Source: an uncultured Gemmatimonadales bacterium (GTDB lineage Bacteria > Gemmatimonadota > Gemmatimonadetes > Gemmatimonadales > Gemmatimonadaceae). Taken from it: a DNA stretch of 64,000 bases. The notes beneath the pieces were generated by a model. The model made no database searches. It was not told where the DNA came from and worked only from the letters and a program-made list of their open reading frames with translations. The DNA lies in assembly GCA_963793305.1 (NCBI GenBank), contig CAWBZV010000002.1, forward strand, positions 480,001 to 544,000, given 5' to 3'. The position numbers and the translations under genes were made by a program. Below are positions 51,738 to 62,357 of the stretch, in pieces (positions within the stretch are counted from its first letter, which is position 1; each line of letters begins with the position of its first letter).

Positions 51738-52668
51738 GATGATATCTCGTGAGTCGATCGAAGCCGCGGCATCGCGGATCCGGCCCTATATCCGCGAGAC
51801 CCCGGTCGAACCGTCGGACAACAATGTCTGGCTCAAATGCGAGCAGATGCAACGGTCGGGCTCATTCAAGTTACGCGGAGCCCTGAACAGTATTCTATCG
51901 CTGTCGCCGGACGCGCTCGCCCGCGGCGTCGTGACCGCGTCCACTGGCAACCATGGTCGCGCCGTGGCGACGGCGCTCGCCGCCGTCGGTGCGCGCGGCA
52001 CGGTGTACCTCCCGCACAGCGCGCCCGCCGTGAAAGTGCGGGCCTTGCGCCGGTTCTCGAATGTCGAATTGGTGTTCGAGGGCGAAGAGGGTGGCGCGAC
52101 GGAGCTCGCTGCCCGGTCGGTCGCCGAACGCGAGGGTCGCCCGTATATCTCTCCCTACAACGATGCCACGGTCATTGCGGGGCAGGGGACCCTCGGCCTC
52201 GAGTTCGCCGCTCAATGCCCGTCGCTCGACGCCGTGTTCGTCGCCGTCGGCGGTGGAGGCTTGATCTCGGGCATCGCTTCGGCGATGCGTTGCCAGATCG
52301 TCGGGTGCTGGCCCGAGCACTCCGTCGCGATGTACGAGAGCATGCGAGCCGGCGAGATCGTCGCGCCGCCCGAGCGACCAACGCTGTCCGACGCGACCGC
52401 CGGCAGCGTGGAGCCGGGCGCCATCACCCTCGATCTCTGCCGCTCGCTGATCGATGAGTGCGTCCTCGTGAGCGAAGCCGAGATCGCCGACGCCATTCGA
52501 TTCATGGTCGCCGAGCATCAGATGATCATCGAGGGCGCCGCGGGCGTCGCCGTCGCGGCATTTCGCAAGACGGCGTCACGCTACGCCGGCCGCTCGGTCG
52601 GCATCGTGCTCTGCGGTGGCAACATCGGCTTCGACACGCTCCGAACCATTATCTGCGAGACACCATGA
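51736..52668 (+). CDS. PLP-dependent threonine/serine dehydratase
   Basis: KCEQMQRSGSFKLRGA, ASTGNHG, VGGGGLISG, CGGN. Confidence 0.92.
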   Translation: MMISRESIEAAASRIRPYIRETPVEPSDNNVWLKCEQMQRSGSFKLRGALNSILSLSPDALARGVVTASTGNHGRAVATALAAVGARGTVYLPHSAPAVKVRALRRFSNVELVFEGEEGGATELAARSVAEREGRPYISPYNDATVIAGQGTLGLEFAAQCPSLDAVFVAVGGGGLISGIASAMRCQIVGCWPEHSVAMYESMRAGEIVAPPERPTLSDATAGSVEPGAITLDLCRSLIDECVLVSEAEIADAIRFMVAEHQMIIEGAAGVAVAAFRKTASRYAGRSVGIVLCGGNIGFDTLRTIICETP

Positions 52669-52955
52669 TTCTCCTCGCGCTATCTCTCCTGGTCACGGTC
52701 CAGACCCGTGCGCTGCCGCCACAACCCGCGTCTACCGTCACCGTCGCCGCGCCCGCGACCGCGCCACAGGGTGTCCTCGAACCGCCCATCGTGCCGCCGC
52801 GCACGGCGGTGGGCGCAAGCGCCTCGCCACCCGAGCCACCCGACCCGTCCGTCTATCCGGAAACGACGCGCATGACGCGCATAGCCCGGCGCATGCTGGC
52901 GACGATCGCTGTTGGCGGGGGTGTCGCCCTGCTCGTCCATACATGCGCGGGTTAG
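52665..52955 (+). CDS. Small Pro-rich membrane protein
   Basis: Signal peptide, Pro-rich core, C-terminal TM; ATGA overlap with upstream gene. Confidence 0.55.
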   Translation: MILLALSLLVTVQTRALPPQPASTVTVAAPATAPQGVLEPPIVPPRTAVGASASPPEPPDPSVYPETTRMTRIARRMLATIAVGGGVALLVHTCAG

Positions 52956-53668
52956 CCGGCAAGCGTGTACTCGTCACGGGCGGGACGAGTGGGATCGGCG
53001 CGGCGACCGCCGAACGGTTCGTCGAGGAGGGCGCCCACGTGTGGATTCTCGGCCGCACGGCCGATGCGAACGCTCCGCGCTCGATCGTGGCCGATGTCGC
53101 CGACGCCGCGGACGTGGCGCGGGCGTTCGAGCGAATGGACGCCGAGGCAGGCGGAATCGACGTGGTGATCAACAACGCCGGCGTCGGCTCTCGCCACGAG
53201 TTTGTGGAGATGCCGCTCGACGAATGGCGCCGCGTGCTCGACATAAACCTCACGGGTGCCATGCACGTGGCCCAGCAGGCCGCGCGGCGTATGCTCGCCC
53301 AGGGCGGTGGCGTGATCCTGAACAATGGCTCGACCAACGGGATCGTCGGCTATCGGGGATACGCGCACTACAACTCGTCCAAGGCCGCGCTCATCGAGCT
53401 CACCAAGACGCTCGCGCTCGAGTTGGCGCCGACGATTCGAGTCAACGTCGTTTGCCCGGGCTACATCCTGACGCCGATGCAGGAGGCCGAGTACACCCCG
53501 GCCATGATGCGCGAGCTCGAGGCGAAGATCCCGTTGCGCCGCCAAGGACGCCCGGCCGAGGTGGCAGCGCTGTTCGCCTTCCTCGCGTCGGACGATGCGG
53601 AGTTCTTGACGGGGCAGACCTACGTGATTGACGGTGGCGAGACCGCCGGCGGCCTAGCGAGTCGCTAG
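52943..53668 (+). CDS. SDR family oxidoreductase
   Basis: TGGTSGIG, NNAG, YNSSK, IRVN.VCPG. Confidence 0.92.
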   Translation: MRGLAGKRVLVTGGTSGIGAATAERFVEEGAHVWILGRTADANAPRSIVADVADAADVARAFERMDAEAGGIDVVINNAGVGSRHEFVEMPLDEWRRVLDINLTGAMHVAQQAARRMLAQGGGVILNNGSTNGIVGYRGYAHYNSSKAALIELTKTLALELAPTIRVNVVCPGYILTPMQEAEYTPAMMRELEAKIPLRRQGRPAEVAALFAFLASDDAEFLTGQTYVIDGGETAGGLASR

Positions 53669-54145
53669 CGGCTGCGTCGCGGCGTGCGTGGCCATGATCT
53701 GCGCGGTCGGCCGCACGACGGCGTCGACATTGACGGGTTGCCCATTGGCGAGAATCACGGTCACTCGCACGTGCTCCCCTTGGCGCAGCTCACGTTGAAG
53801 ACCAGCGAGCATGACGTGTGGCCCAGGCGGCGCGAACGTGCTGCTCGCCCCACCCGGGATCGCGAGTCGCCGCAAGAGGGCAGTGCGGACCGTGTCGCCA
53901 TCGCGAAAGTGCTGGAAGATCGCGACCGTTCGCGCCGACGAGGACAGCACATCGACGATGTCGACCGGGTGCGCATCATGGTTCGTGAGTGTCATCGACA
54001 GCACCGCCGTGTCGCCGACCGGTGCGGCATTGACCCATGCCGTCTGTGCCACCACCTGCTGGTGACTCGGACCACACACGGCCAGCGTGGCGACAACGGC
54101 AACGAAAGCGGCCGCTGTGAGATAGACCGATCGCGAACGGCGCAC
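53654..54145 (-). CDS. PCu(A)C-like copper chaperone lipoprotein (degenerate)
   Basis: LAVC; M.LTN, IPGG...FAPPGPHVML.GL. Confidence 0.75.
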   Translation of the reverse strand: MRRSRSVYLTAAAFVAVVATLAVCGPSHQQVVAQTAWVNAAPVGDTAVLSMTLTNHDAHPVDIVDVLSSSARTVAIFQHFRDGDTVRTALLRRLAIPGGASSTFAPPGPHVMLAGLQRELRQGEHVRVTVILANGQPVNVDAVVRPTAQIMATHAATQPLATR

Positions 54146-54282
54146 GATGTTGAGAACCCCCAAACCTCGATAACGTTCCCGCCACATGTGACGGGTTGAC
54201 ACTATAAGATACGCGTAACCGGTCTCCGCCGTTATCGGTCTGCCAGACGGGCAACTTCGGGGCGCCTTGATAGATTAGCCGT

Positions 54283-56191
54283 ATGCCTCTCCTCCCCCTC
54301 CTTTCGGCGCTCCTGACGTTAGTCCCGCCTTCGCATTCCGCGCGGCGGTTCTCCAACGTGTCGATCTCCCCGGATGGACACCTGGTCGCCTGGGTAGGCC
54401 CAGGCCCCTCGGACACTTCCGGCGGCACGCCAGGCGTTGTGATCGTCGACCGCCGGCGTCCAACAGCGGCTCTCCGCACGCTTGGCGCGGGGTATGACCT
54501 GGCCTGGTCGCCCGATAGTCGCTCGCTCGCTTTCCTGGGGGCCGGAGGCACCCTGATGCTCGTGACCGTCGCGGATGGCCAGTCGCGCGTGGTAGCGACC
54601 ATCCCAGGGGAGATGCACGACGCCCGCTTCTCACCGGACGGAAAAAGCATCGCGGTGCTCTATTCGAGACCTGAGGAGATCGCGTTTGGCCCAACCCAGG
54701 CCGCCCCGCGCGACACCGGTGTGATCGGCGATCAAGTCGACCGCCAGCACCTCGGCGTGATCGATCTCGCAACGGGGCGCCTCAAGGTCGCGACTCCAGC
54801 GGATCTCTATGTCTACGAATACGATTGGGCTCCCGACGCTCACAGGCTCGTGATCAGCGCCGCCACCGGTTCCGGCAACAACAATTGGTGGACTGCGCGC
54901 CTCTACACGGTGTCGGCGGACTCCGGCTCCCCGACCGAGATCGCCCGACCCTCGACGCAAATCGCCGTGCCGCGCTGGTCAACGGACGGCTCCGAGATCG
55001 CCTATATCGGCGGCATCATGAGCGACCAGGGGTCGACCGGCGGAGACGTCTGGGTCGTCGCGGCCTCAGGCGGAACACCCAAGGATCTGACTCCATCCGC
55101 TACGATCAGCCCGTCAGATTTGGCATGGACCGTTACGCCGCACCAGCTCGTCGTATCGGCTTGGGCCAGCGGCGCATCGGATATCGTATCGCTCGACACC
55201 CGGACAGGCGATGCGCATACGCTCGCTCACATCAACGCCCACGTGACCGGCGGCGCATTCGTTCCCTCGGTCTCGGTGTCGCATGATGGCCAAACGGTAG
55301 CAGCAGCACGCGAATCTCTAGGAGAGCCGCCGGAAGTCTGGGCGGGGCCGCCGGCACATCTGGAGCAAGTGACGCATGCGAACGCCGGCGTGACGCCCGC
55401 CTACGGGCGTGCCGAAAGCGTCGAGTGGAAGAGCGACGCGTTCACCGTGCAGGGCTGGCTCATTTACCCGGCTGACTTCAAGCCGGGCACTCGCTATCCG
55501 ATGATCGTGCAGGTTCATGGCGGTCCGGCCGCCGCGGTCCCGGCGCGTTGGATGTCTGAGCAATCGACGTCATCGGTGCTCTCGCGCGACGGTTACTTCG
55601 TGTTCATGCCGAACCCGCGCGGCAGCTATGGGCAAGGCGAGGCGTTCACGAAAGCCAACGTGAAGGATTTCGGCTACGGCGATCTCCGTGACGTGATGGC
55701 CGGCGTCGACACGGTGCTGCGTCGATTCCCGGTCGACAGCGCGCGCCTGGGTCTCACCGGCTGGAGCTACGGTGGGTACATGACGATGTGGGGCGTCACC
55801 CAGACCAACCGCTTCAAGGCCGCGGTCGCCGGCGCCGGCATCTCCGATTGGCTGAGCTACACGGGTGAGAACGGCATCGACGAATGGATGCTTCCCATAC
55901 TTCGGCGCCACCGCGTACGACGATCCGGCGGTGTACGCGAAGAGCTCGCCGATCAATTACATCCGGCGAGCCCACACGCCGACACTCGTCGTCGTCGGCG
56001 AGCGCGACGTCGAGTGTCCCGCGCCGCAGTCGTATGAGTTCTGGCGCGGGCTCGAACGCAACGGCGTGACCACGCAGCTCGTCGTCTACCCCGACGAAGG
56101 GCATGGCATCCGGAATCCCGCCCATACGCGCGATCTCCAGGAGCGCACGATCCGGTGGTTTGATCAATACTTAAAAGCTCCGGCTATGTAG
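54283..56191 (+). CDS. S9 family (prolyl oligopeptidase-like) peptidase (frameshift ~55895)
   Basis: SPDG propeller repeats, VHGGP, PNPRGS.G.G, GWSYGG, GERD, EGH. Confidence 0.9.
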
Positions 56192-56346
56192 GAGGTCGAA
56201 AGCGGGCTCATCGCATTGATAGGGGTCGTGCGTATTGGTCCAGCAGGCGCTGCCAGTACGCGATGTACTCCTAAACAGTTCGAACGAGGCCCGCTTGCCG
56301 AAAAACGGTTGCCTGCACACCGTTGGAGTCATCTGTGTAGTGACAC

Positions 56347-58806
56347 GTGGATAAGATACTCCAGTCCATCGCGCCGCTCCTCGATGCCACGAGCGACGCC
56401 ATCATAGTAGTCGATGACGCGGGGCGCTTCGTGTATTCCAACAGAGCCGCCGCGGAAGCACTCGGACGTACGCCCGAGGCGCTCATCGGCAGGCCCATCG
56501 CCGAATTCTACCCAGCGCCACTCGGCGCGGTGCTCAAGCGCGTCACCGAGAACGGACCCGAGGTTGTCGAAGGCCTGCGCACGCCGTCCGGTCGCATCTA
56601 TGATGTCACCGTAGTTCCCGTACGAGGCGGGATGGCGATCCAGTCTCGCGACGTGACCAACCGCGTTCGCGCCGACGAGTCACGGCGCGAAAGCGAGGCG
56701 CGGTTCCGCCTCGTGACAGAATCCGCACCCGTTGGCGTTTTCTTGGCAGACCCGCGCGGACAGATCGTCTACGTCAACCCGTTCCTTCGCGAGGTCCTGG
56801 GCCGGGGTGACACGGAGCTGATCGGCCGTGATTGGGTGCAGTGGGTCCACCCCGATGATGCACATCGCGTAGGCGTCGAGTGGAGCGTCTTCCGAAAGGG
56901 CGACGTGCGCTTGCTCGACCACGTCTATCGTTTTTCCCGTTCCACGGGTGAAATCCGATGGGTACGGGGACAGGTGCACCGCTTGCGACTGGCGAGCTCG
57001 GCGCCGACGGGGTTCGTCGGCACGGTCGAGGATGTCACACTCCGTCGGACGGCGGCTGAGCGGCAGCATGTACTGGCGGCGACGGTCGAGGCCAGCGCCG
57101 ATTTCGTCGTGCTCGCCGACGAGGCGATGCGCGTCACGCATATCAATCCGGCCGGTCTCTCGCTCATTGGCCTGACGGACGCCGGACCGGCCCTGCATCG
57201 TCCACTCTGCGACCTCATCGTCGGCGATGGCATCGCGTCGGTTCTCGCCAACACCGATCGGTGGACCGGCGAACTGGCGCTGCGCCATTGGACGTTGAGC
57301 GAGCCGATCGAAACCGAGGCCCACATCTTCGCCGTCCGCGAGGCGCCCGGCGGCCCGCGCACGGCGGTCGCCATGGTCGCGCGCGACATCCGGGAGCGGC
57401 GCCGGCACGAGGCGCGGCTCGAGGGGATCATTGCGTCGGCCATGGACGCGATCATCGGCATCGACAGCGCGGGCTGTATCGTGGTCTTTAATCAGGCCGC
57501 CGAAGCAATGTTGCGCGTGACCGCGGCCGAGGCCACTGGCACGCCGATCCATCGCTACATCCGGTACCTGCCCGCGAGCTCGGGTCGCCTCACCGTCCAT
57601 CGTGCCGATGGCACCGAATTCAGCGCCGAGGTGTCGGTCTCTCGCGTCGATGTCGGCGGGGAGCAGATCGCGACCGTCATGGTGCGAGACGTCACGGGCC
57701 GGCTCCAGATGGAAGAGCAGTTGCGGCAGGCGTCGAAGATGGAGGCAGTCGGCCAGCTCGCCGGGGGCATCGCGCATGACTTCAACAATCTGCTGACGGT
57801 CATCACGGCCTACAGCGGCATCTTGATGGAGACATTGGGCGATGCCACCGGCGAGTTGAAGGAGATCTCCGCGGCGGCGCGCCGTGCGGCGACGTTGACT
57901 CGACAGCTGCTGGCGTTCAGCCGCAAGCAGCTGCTCCAGCCGAAGGTGCTCGACATCAATGCCGTGATCGCCGATGTCGAGCCGATGCTCCAGCGCCTCA
58001 TTGGCGAGGACATTGAGATCGCCCTCTCGCTCGACGCGTCCATCGCGCCGGTGCGCATCGACCCCGGGCAGATCGAGCAGGTGTTGCTCAATCTCGCCGT
58101 GAACGCGCGCGACGCGATGCCACGCGGTGGTGTGCTGCGCATTGAAACGCATACGAAAGGGACGTTTGTGAGCCTGGTCGTTCGCGACACGGGGGTCGGG
58201 ATGGATGCGACCACCCAGTCGCGGGTGTTCGAGCCCTTCTTCACAACAAAGGAGCCGGGTCGCGGTACGGGACTTGGGCTAGCGACTGTCCAGGGCATCA
58301 TGCAGCAGTGCGGCGGCTCCGTCTCGGTAGAAAGCGCGCCTGGGGCAGGGGCAGCGTTCCACATCGTGTTTCCGGCGGTATCGGGCGGTCACGTCGCGGC
58401 GGAAACCCTGGAGGCCGGCGTCGTGGCGCAGCGTGGTACCGAGACGGTGCTGATCGCCGAGGACGATCCAGCCGTTCGGGAGCTCATGTGCACGCTGCTG
58501 GCGGCGAACGGCTACTCGGTGCTGCTGGCGTCGAATGGCGCCGAGGCGCTGGCGGTTGCATCGGCGACCAACGGGACGATCCAGCTCATTGTGACCGACG
58601 TGGTCATGCCGTCCCTCGGCGGCCGGGCGCTGGTCGACCGGCTTCGGGGGACGCGGCCGAACATTCGGGTGCTCTACGCCACGGGTTACGTTGGCGACGA
58701 GGTCGTCCGCCGGGGTGGCCTCGACCCATCGGCCAACCTCCTGCACAAGCCGTTCACGGCCGACCAACTTCTCACGGCAGTCCGCCGGGCCCTGGACTCA
58801 CAATAG
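56347..58806 (+). CDS. Multi-PAS hybrid sensor histidine kinase
   Basis: [36 protein letters not shown], receiver TDVVMP. Confidence 0.93.
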   Translation: MDKILQSIAPLLDATSDAIIVVDDAGRFVYSNRAAAEALGRTPEALIGRPIAEFYPAPLGAVLKRVTENGPEVVEGLRTPSGRIYDVTVVPVRGGMAIQSRDVTNRVRADESRRESEARFRLVTESAPVGVFLADPRGQIVYVNPFLREVLGRGDTELIGRDWVQWVHPDDAHRVGVEWSVFRKGDVRLLDHVYRFSRSTGEIRWVRGQVHRLRLASSAPTGFVGTVEDVTLRRTAAERQHVLAATVEASADFVVLADEAMRVTHINPAGLSLIGLTDAGPALHRPLCDLIVGDGIASVLANTDRWTGELALRHWTLSEPIETEAHIFAVREAPGGPRTAVAMVARDIRERRRHEARLEGIIASAMDAIIGIDSAGCIVVFNQAAEAMLRVTAAEATGTPIHRYIRYLPASSGRLTVHRADGTEFSAEVSVSRVDVGGEQIATVMVRDVTGRLQMEEQLRQASKMEAVGQLAGGIAHDFNNLLTVITAYSGILMETLGDATGELKEISAAARRAATLTRQLLAFSRKQLLQPKVLDINAVIADVEPMLQRLIGEDIEIALSLDASIAPVRIDPGQIEQVLLNLAVNARDAMPRGGVLRIETHTKGTFVSLVVRDTGVGMDATTQSRVFEPFFTTKEPGRGTGLGLATVQGIMQQCGGSVSVESAPGAGAAFHIVFPAVSGGHVAAETLEAGVVAQRGTETVLIAEDDPAVRELMCTLLAANGYSVLLASNGAEALAVASATNGTIQLIVTDVVMPSLGGRALVDRLRGTRPNIRVLYATGYVGDEVVRRGGLDPSANLLHKPFTADQLLTAVRRALDSQ

Positions 58807-58817
58807 ATTAACGACCT

Positions 58818-59738
58818 ATGAGTGGGTCGTTCGTTCCGGTCCTCCTACCGGAGCCCCAGCCTGCGCCCATGCCCGTCGCGACCGACTTGCGCGTGGCATT
58901 CCAGGGCGAGGCAGGCTCGTTCAGCGAGCAGGCCGTTGTCCAACTGTGGCGTGGGACGGCGCAGCCGGTCTCGATGCGAACGTTCGACGACGTCATGGAC
59001 GCCGCCGAGAGCGGTGAGGTCGACTACGGGATTGTTCCAATCGAGAGTACCCTCGTGGGAGGGGTCAACGTCGCGTACGATCTGCTGGCCATGCACGAAG
59101 GTCTCGCGGTGGTTGCCGAGACCATCGTGCCGATTCACCTGAGCCTCTTGGGACTGCCGGGCGCTTCTATAGGTCGACTCAAGTCGCTGCTCAGCCACCC
59201 GATCATGCTCGCCCAGTGCGCGTACTTCTTGGACGCCCACCGGCATATATACCCCGAGCCAGCGTGGGACACCGCGGGCGCCGCGCGCACGGTGGTCGAG
59301 CGTGGGGATCCCACGGTAGCCGCGGCGGCCGCGCCGCTGGCGGCGGAGCGGTTCGGGCTCGAGGTGCTCAAGGAGCACATCGAGGATCGGCTGGATACGA
59401 TGATGCGATTCTTGGCCGTGGCGACCGACCCGGAGTCTCCCGCGGCCGGCGTTCCGTCGCGCACCGCGGTGTTGTTCGCGGTGCCGGACAACGCGGGCGC
59501 GCTTCTCTCCGTCGTCGCACCACTCGCGGCCGCGGGATTCAACGTCAGCCACCTGACCTCGCGCCCGACGCGCGAGCCGTGGCGGTATCAGTTCTTCATG
59601 GAGTTCGACCACGTCGGACGCGATGCGCGCGCGGCCGAAGCCATCGGCGAGATTCGTCGCGTCTCGACGGTGTCCCGACTGCTCGGCACGTTCGCGCGCT
59701 GGCCGGCCCCCACCCGTGACACGTCCTCGCTGGCCTGA
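58818..59738 (+). CDS. pheA: Prephenate dehydratase
   Basis: AFQGE.GSFSEQA, VPIES, SHP..LAQC, DTAGAA, ACT domain with SRP. Confidence 0.85.
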   Translation: MSGSFVPVLLPEPQPAPMPVATDLRVAFQGEAGSFSEQAVVQLWRGTAQPVSMRTFDDVMDAAESGEVDYGIVPIESTLVGGVNVAYDLLAMHEGLAVVAETIVPIHLSLLGLPGASIGRLKSLLSHPIMLAQCAYFLDAHRHIYPEPAWDTAGAARTVVERGDPTVAAAAAPLAAERFGLEVLKEHIEDRLDTMMRFLAVATDPESPAAGVPSRTAVLFAVPDNAGALLSVVAPLAAAGFNVSHLTSRPTREPWRYQFFMEFDHVGRDARAAEAIGEIRRVSTVSRLLGTFARWPAPTRDTSSLA

Positions 59739-60852
59739 CACGGCGCTGACCGCACGGCTCGGTCTTCGCTATCCGGTCATCCTCGCGCCCATGGCCGGCG
59801 GGCCGTCGACGCCGGAGCTCGTCGCCGCGGTATCGAACGAGGGCGGCCTGGGCATGCTGGGCGCGGGGTACCTCGCTCCCGATGCCATTCGCTCCGCGAT
59901 TCGCTCGATTCGCGCGCTGACGGACCGTCCGTTCGGCGTCAACCTGTTCGTTCCGGATCCGGCTCGGGACCCCGATGCCGTCGTCGAAGCAGTCGCGCGT
60001 TCCCGAGCGCTGCTCGAACCCTTCGCCGTGGAACTAGGAGTAACCCTCCCGTCTGAATTGTACCCGGTCGATTTCGACGCCCAAGCCGCCGTGCTCGTCG
60101 AAGAACGCGTCGCAGTGGTCAGTGTCACGTTCGGCGTCATGAGCGCGCGTTGGATCGCGGCGTTCCAATGGATCGGCACAGTTGTCATTGGCACCGCGTC
60201 GACGGTGGCCGAGGGCAAGGCACTGGAAGACAGTGGCGTAGACTTCGTCGTCGCGCAGGGGTCTGAAGCCGGAGCCCACCGCGCGACGTTTCTCGCGCCA
60301 GTCGCCCGATCCTTGATCGGCACCATGGCCCTCGTGCCGATGATGGTCGACGCGCTCACCGTGCCGGTCATCGCATCAGGCGGCATCATGGACGGCCGCG
60401 GCGTCGCTGCCGCCCACATGCTTGGCGCCGTGGGAACGCAGCTCGGCACGGCATTTCTCGCCACACCCGAGAGCGGTGCGCCGGCGCCCCACAAGGCCGC
60501 GGTGCTGACGGCGACCGAGGAGAGCACGGGCGTCACGCGCGTCTATTCAGGTCGTGCGGCTCGCGGCGTGCTCAATCGTCTCGCGCGCGAGCTCGAGCCG
60601 CACGAGGCCGAGTTACCCCCGTATCCGTTGCAGAACGCCCTCACGCGCGATATCCGCATCGCGGCCGCGCGCGCGGGCAACCCTGATCTAATGTCGTTAT
60701 TCGCGGGGCAGGGCACTCGGCTTGCCACCGACCTGCCCGCGGCCCATGTCTTTCGCCGAATCGTCCGCGAGACCGTCGATCTCTTCGATGCGCTGGAGGT
60801 GCCGCCCGCCCTCGAAGGGAGTCGTAAGCCAGGTGTTGAGGATGTCCCGTAG
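59716..60852 (+). CDS. Nitronate monooxygenase family flavoprotein
   Basis: APMAGG, QGSEAGAHR, SGGIMDGRG, QLGTAFL; GTG start 59716. Confidence 0.9.
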   Translation: MTRPRWPDTALTARLGLRYPVILAPMAGGPSTPELVAAVSNEGGLGMLGAGYLAPDAIRSAIRSIRALTDRPFGVNLFVPDPARDPDAVVEAVARSRALLEPFAVELGVTLPSELYPVDFDAQAAVLVEERVAVVSVTFGVMSARWIAAFQWIGTVVIGTASTVAEGKALEDSGVDFVVAQGSEAGAHRATFLAPVARSLIGTMALVPMMVDALTVPVIASGGIMDGRGVAAAHMLGAVGTQLGTAFLATPESGAPAPHKAAVLTATEESTGVTRVYSGRAARGVLNRLARELEPHEAELPPYPLQNALTRDIRIAAARAGNPDLMSLFAGQGTRLATDLPAAHVFRRIVRETVDLFDALEVPPALEGSRKPGVEDVP

Positions 60853-61198
60853 CATCGCCTCTGGAATCAACCGCTCTCCGAGCGACAAGACGTTCGAGTC
60901 GTTATGCGCGCGCGCGAAGCGCGCCGCATCGACATTCCAGCAGATGGTGCACCGTATGCCGCGGATGCGATTGGCGACGATGGCCTCGCCATTACCGGAC
61001 CCACCGAGCACGATCCCGCGCTCGTAATCCCCGATGGCCACGGCTTCCGCGACCGGCCGGATGAACAACGGATAGTCGACGGATTCAATCGAATTCGTTC
61101 CGAAATCGTCGAACGTCGTGTCCCGCTTCGCGAAGCCAGCCGATGATGAGCCCTTTGTATCGAAAGCCGGCGTGGTCCGAACCGATCGCGATTTTCAC
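60697..61198 (-). CDS. rpiB: Ribose 5-phosphate isomerase B (frameshift ~61113)
   Basis: MKIAIGSDHAGF, VDYP, GGSGNGE, HNDSNVLSLG, FEGGRH. Confidence 0.9.
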
Positions 61199-61208
61199 GG
61201 ATGTCGCC

Positions 61209-61751
61209 TCACACCGCGGGTGCGCCGAACCGGGTCACGTATCGCTCGATCGACCGATTGATCTCGACGAAGGCCGCCTCGTGTCCTTGCCAACCGAGAA
61301 TCTGTACGCGCTTGCCTTCGAGATCCTTGTAGATCTCGAAAAAGTGCGCGATCTCGCGCAGGGTGTGCGGCGGAATGTCGGCGAGGTCGAAGAACTCGTT
61401 CTGGGTCGGATCTTCGGCGGGCACGCCGAGGATCTTATCGTCGGGGTCTCCCCGGTCCAGCATCTTGAGCACGCCGATGGGCCGCACGTCGATGCGGCAG
61501 CCGGGGAACGTCGGTTCTTTGATCAGGACAAGGACGTCACACGGATCGCCATCTTCCGCCAGCGTCCGTGGAATGAACCCATAATCACCGGGATAGTGCA
61601 CGGCGGAGTACAGGACGCGGTCGAGGCTGAACAAACCGGTGTCCTTGTCCAACTCGTACTTGTTGCGGCTGCGACTGGGTATCTCGATCACGGCCGAGAC
61701 CTCGCGCGGAACGTCTTTGCCGACGGCGAGATCGTGCCAGGGATGTATCAT
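61209..61751 (-). CDS. ppa: Inorganic pyrophosphatase
   Basis: NKYELDK, YGFIPRT, DGDPCDVLV, HFFEIYKDLE. Confidence 0.95.
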   Translation of the reverse strand: MIHPWHDLAVGKDVPREVSAVIEIPSRSRNKYELDKDTGLFSLDRVLYSAVHYPGDYGFIPRTLAEDGDPCDVLVLIKEPTFPGCRIDVRPIGVLKMLDRGDPDDKILGVPAEDPTQNEFFDLADIPPHTLREIAHFFEIYKDLEGKRVQILGWQGHEAAFVEINRSIERYVTRFGAPAV

Positions 61752-61825
61752 GGAACGCATGCTATGAGGTGTCGCTGTGCGGCGCCAGGTCTGGACAGTC
61801 GCGCACGGTGTTACTATATCGGGCC

Positions 61826-62308
61826 ATGCCTGCCGAGCTATCTATCATCATCGAGCGCTTGGGTTTGGCGACGCTCACGGGCGCCGCCATCGGTCTCAAC
61901 CGCAAGCTGCACGGCAAGCCCGTCGGCATTCGGACGCACTCGCTCGTGGCGTTAGCCTCGGCCATGCTCGTCTACGTGAGCTACGGTGCTGCGGGCCTGA
62001 TCAATGGCCCCCCGGTGCCGCAGACGGTGCAGGGCATCGTGACCGGTATTGGTTTCGTCGGTGCGGGCGTGATCTTGCACCGGTCGGGGAGCAAGAACCG
62101 GATCACCGGCTTGACGACGGCCAGCGCCCTGTGGTTTACGGCAGCCCTTGGTGTGGCGTGTGGCGCGGGTCTTTTCATCCCAGCGATCGTGGCAACCGTC
62201 ATCGCTTTGGTCGTACTTATCATCGGTGGCCCCATCGAGGGGTACATCGAGACCCATTTTCGCAAAACGGAATCGATCCCACCGCCACCGGAGCCGCCCG
62301 TCGAGTGA
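61826..62308 (+). CDS. MgtC/SapB family membrane protein
   Basis: GIRTH.LV, GIVTGIGFVGAG.I, GLTTASALW. Confidence 0.9.
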   Translation: MPAELSIIIERLGLATLTGAAIGLNRKLHGKPVGIRTHSLVALASAMLVYVSYGAAGLINGPPVPQTVQGIVTGIGFVGAGVILHRSGSKNRITGLTTASALWFTAALGVACGAGLFIPAIVATVIALVVLIIGGPIEGYIETHFRKTESIPPPPEPPVE

Positions 62309-62357
62309 TATATTGGGTGGCGCGATCGTCTTGAAAACGGAGAGCATAGGAGACGTC

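Noticed and set aside
45170..55900. Frameshifts at ~45178 and ~55895 as part of the GAAYGTC pattern
   Set aside because: Neither site contains the motif; treated as ordinary indels.
3262..61198. Ten frameshifted genes as true pseudogenes (genome decay)
   Set aside because: Each has a single +1 indel with both halves intact, including housekeeping genes, and most share one motif; sequencing error is more parsimonious.
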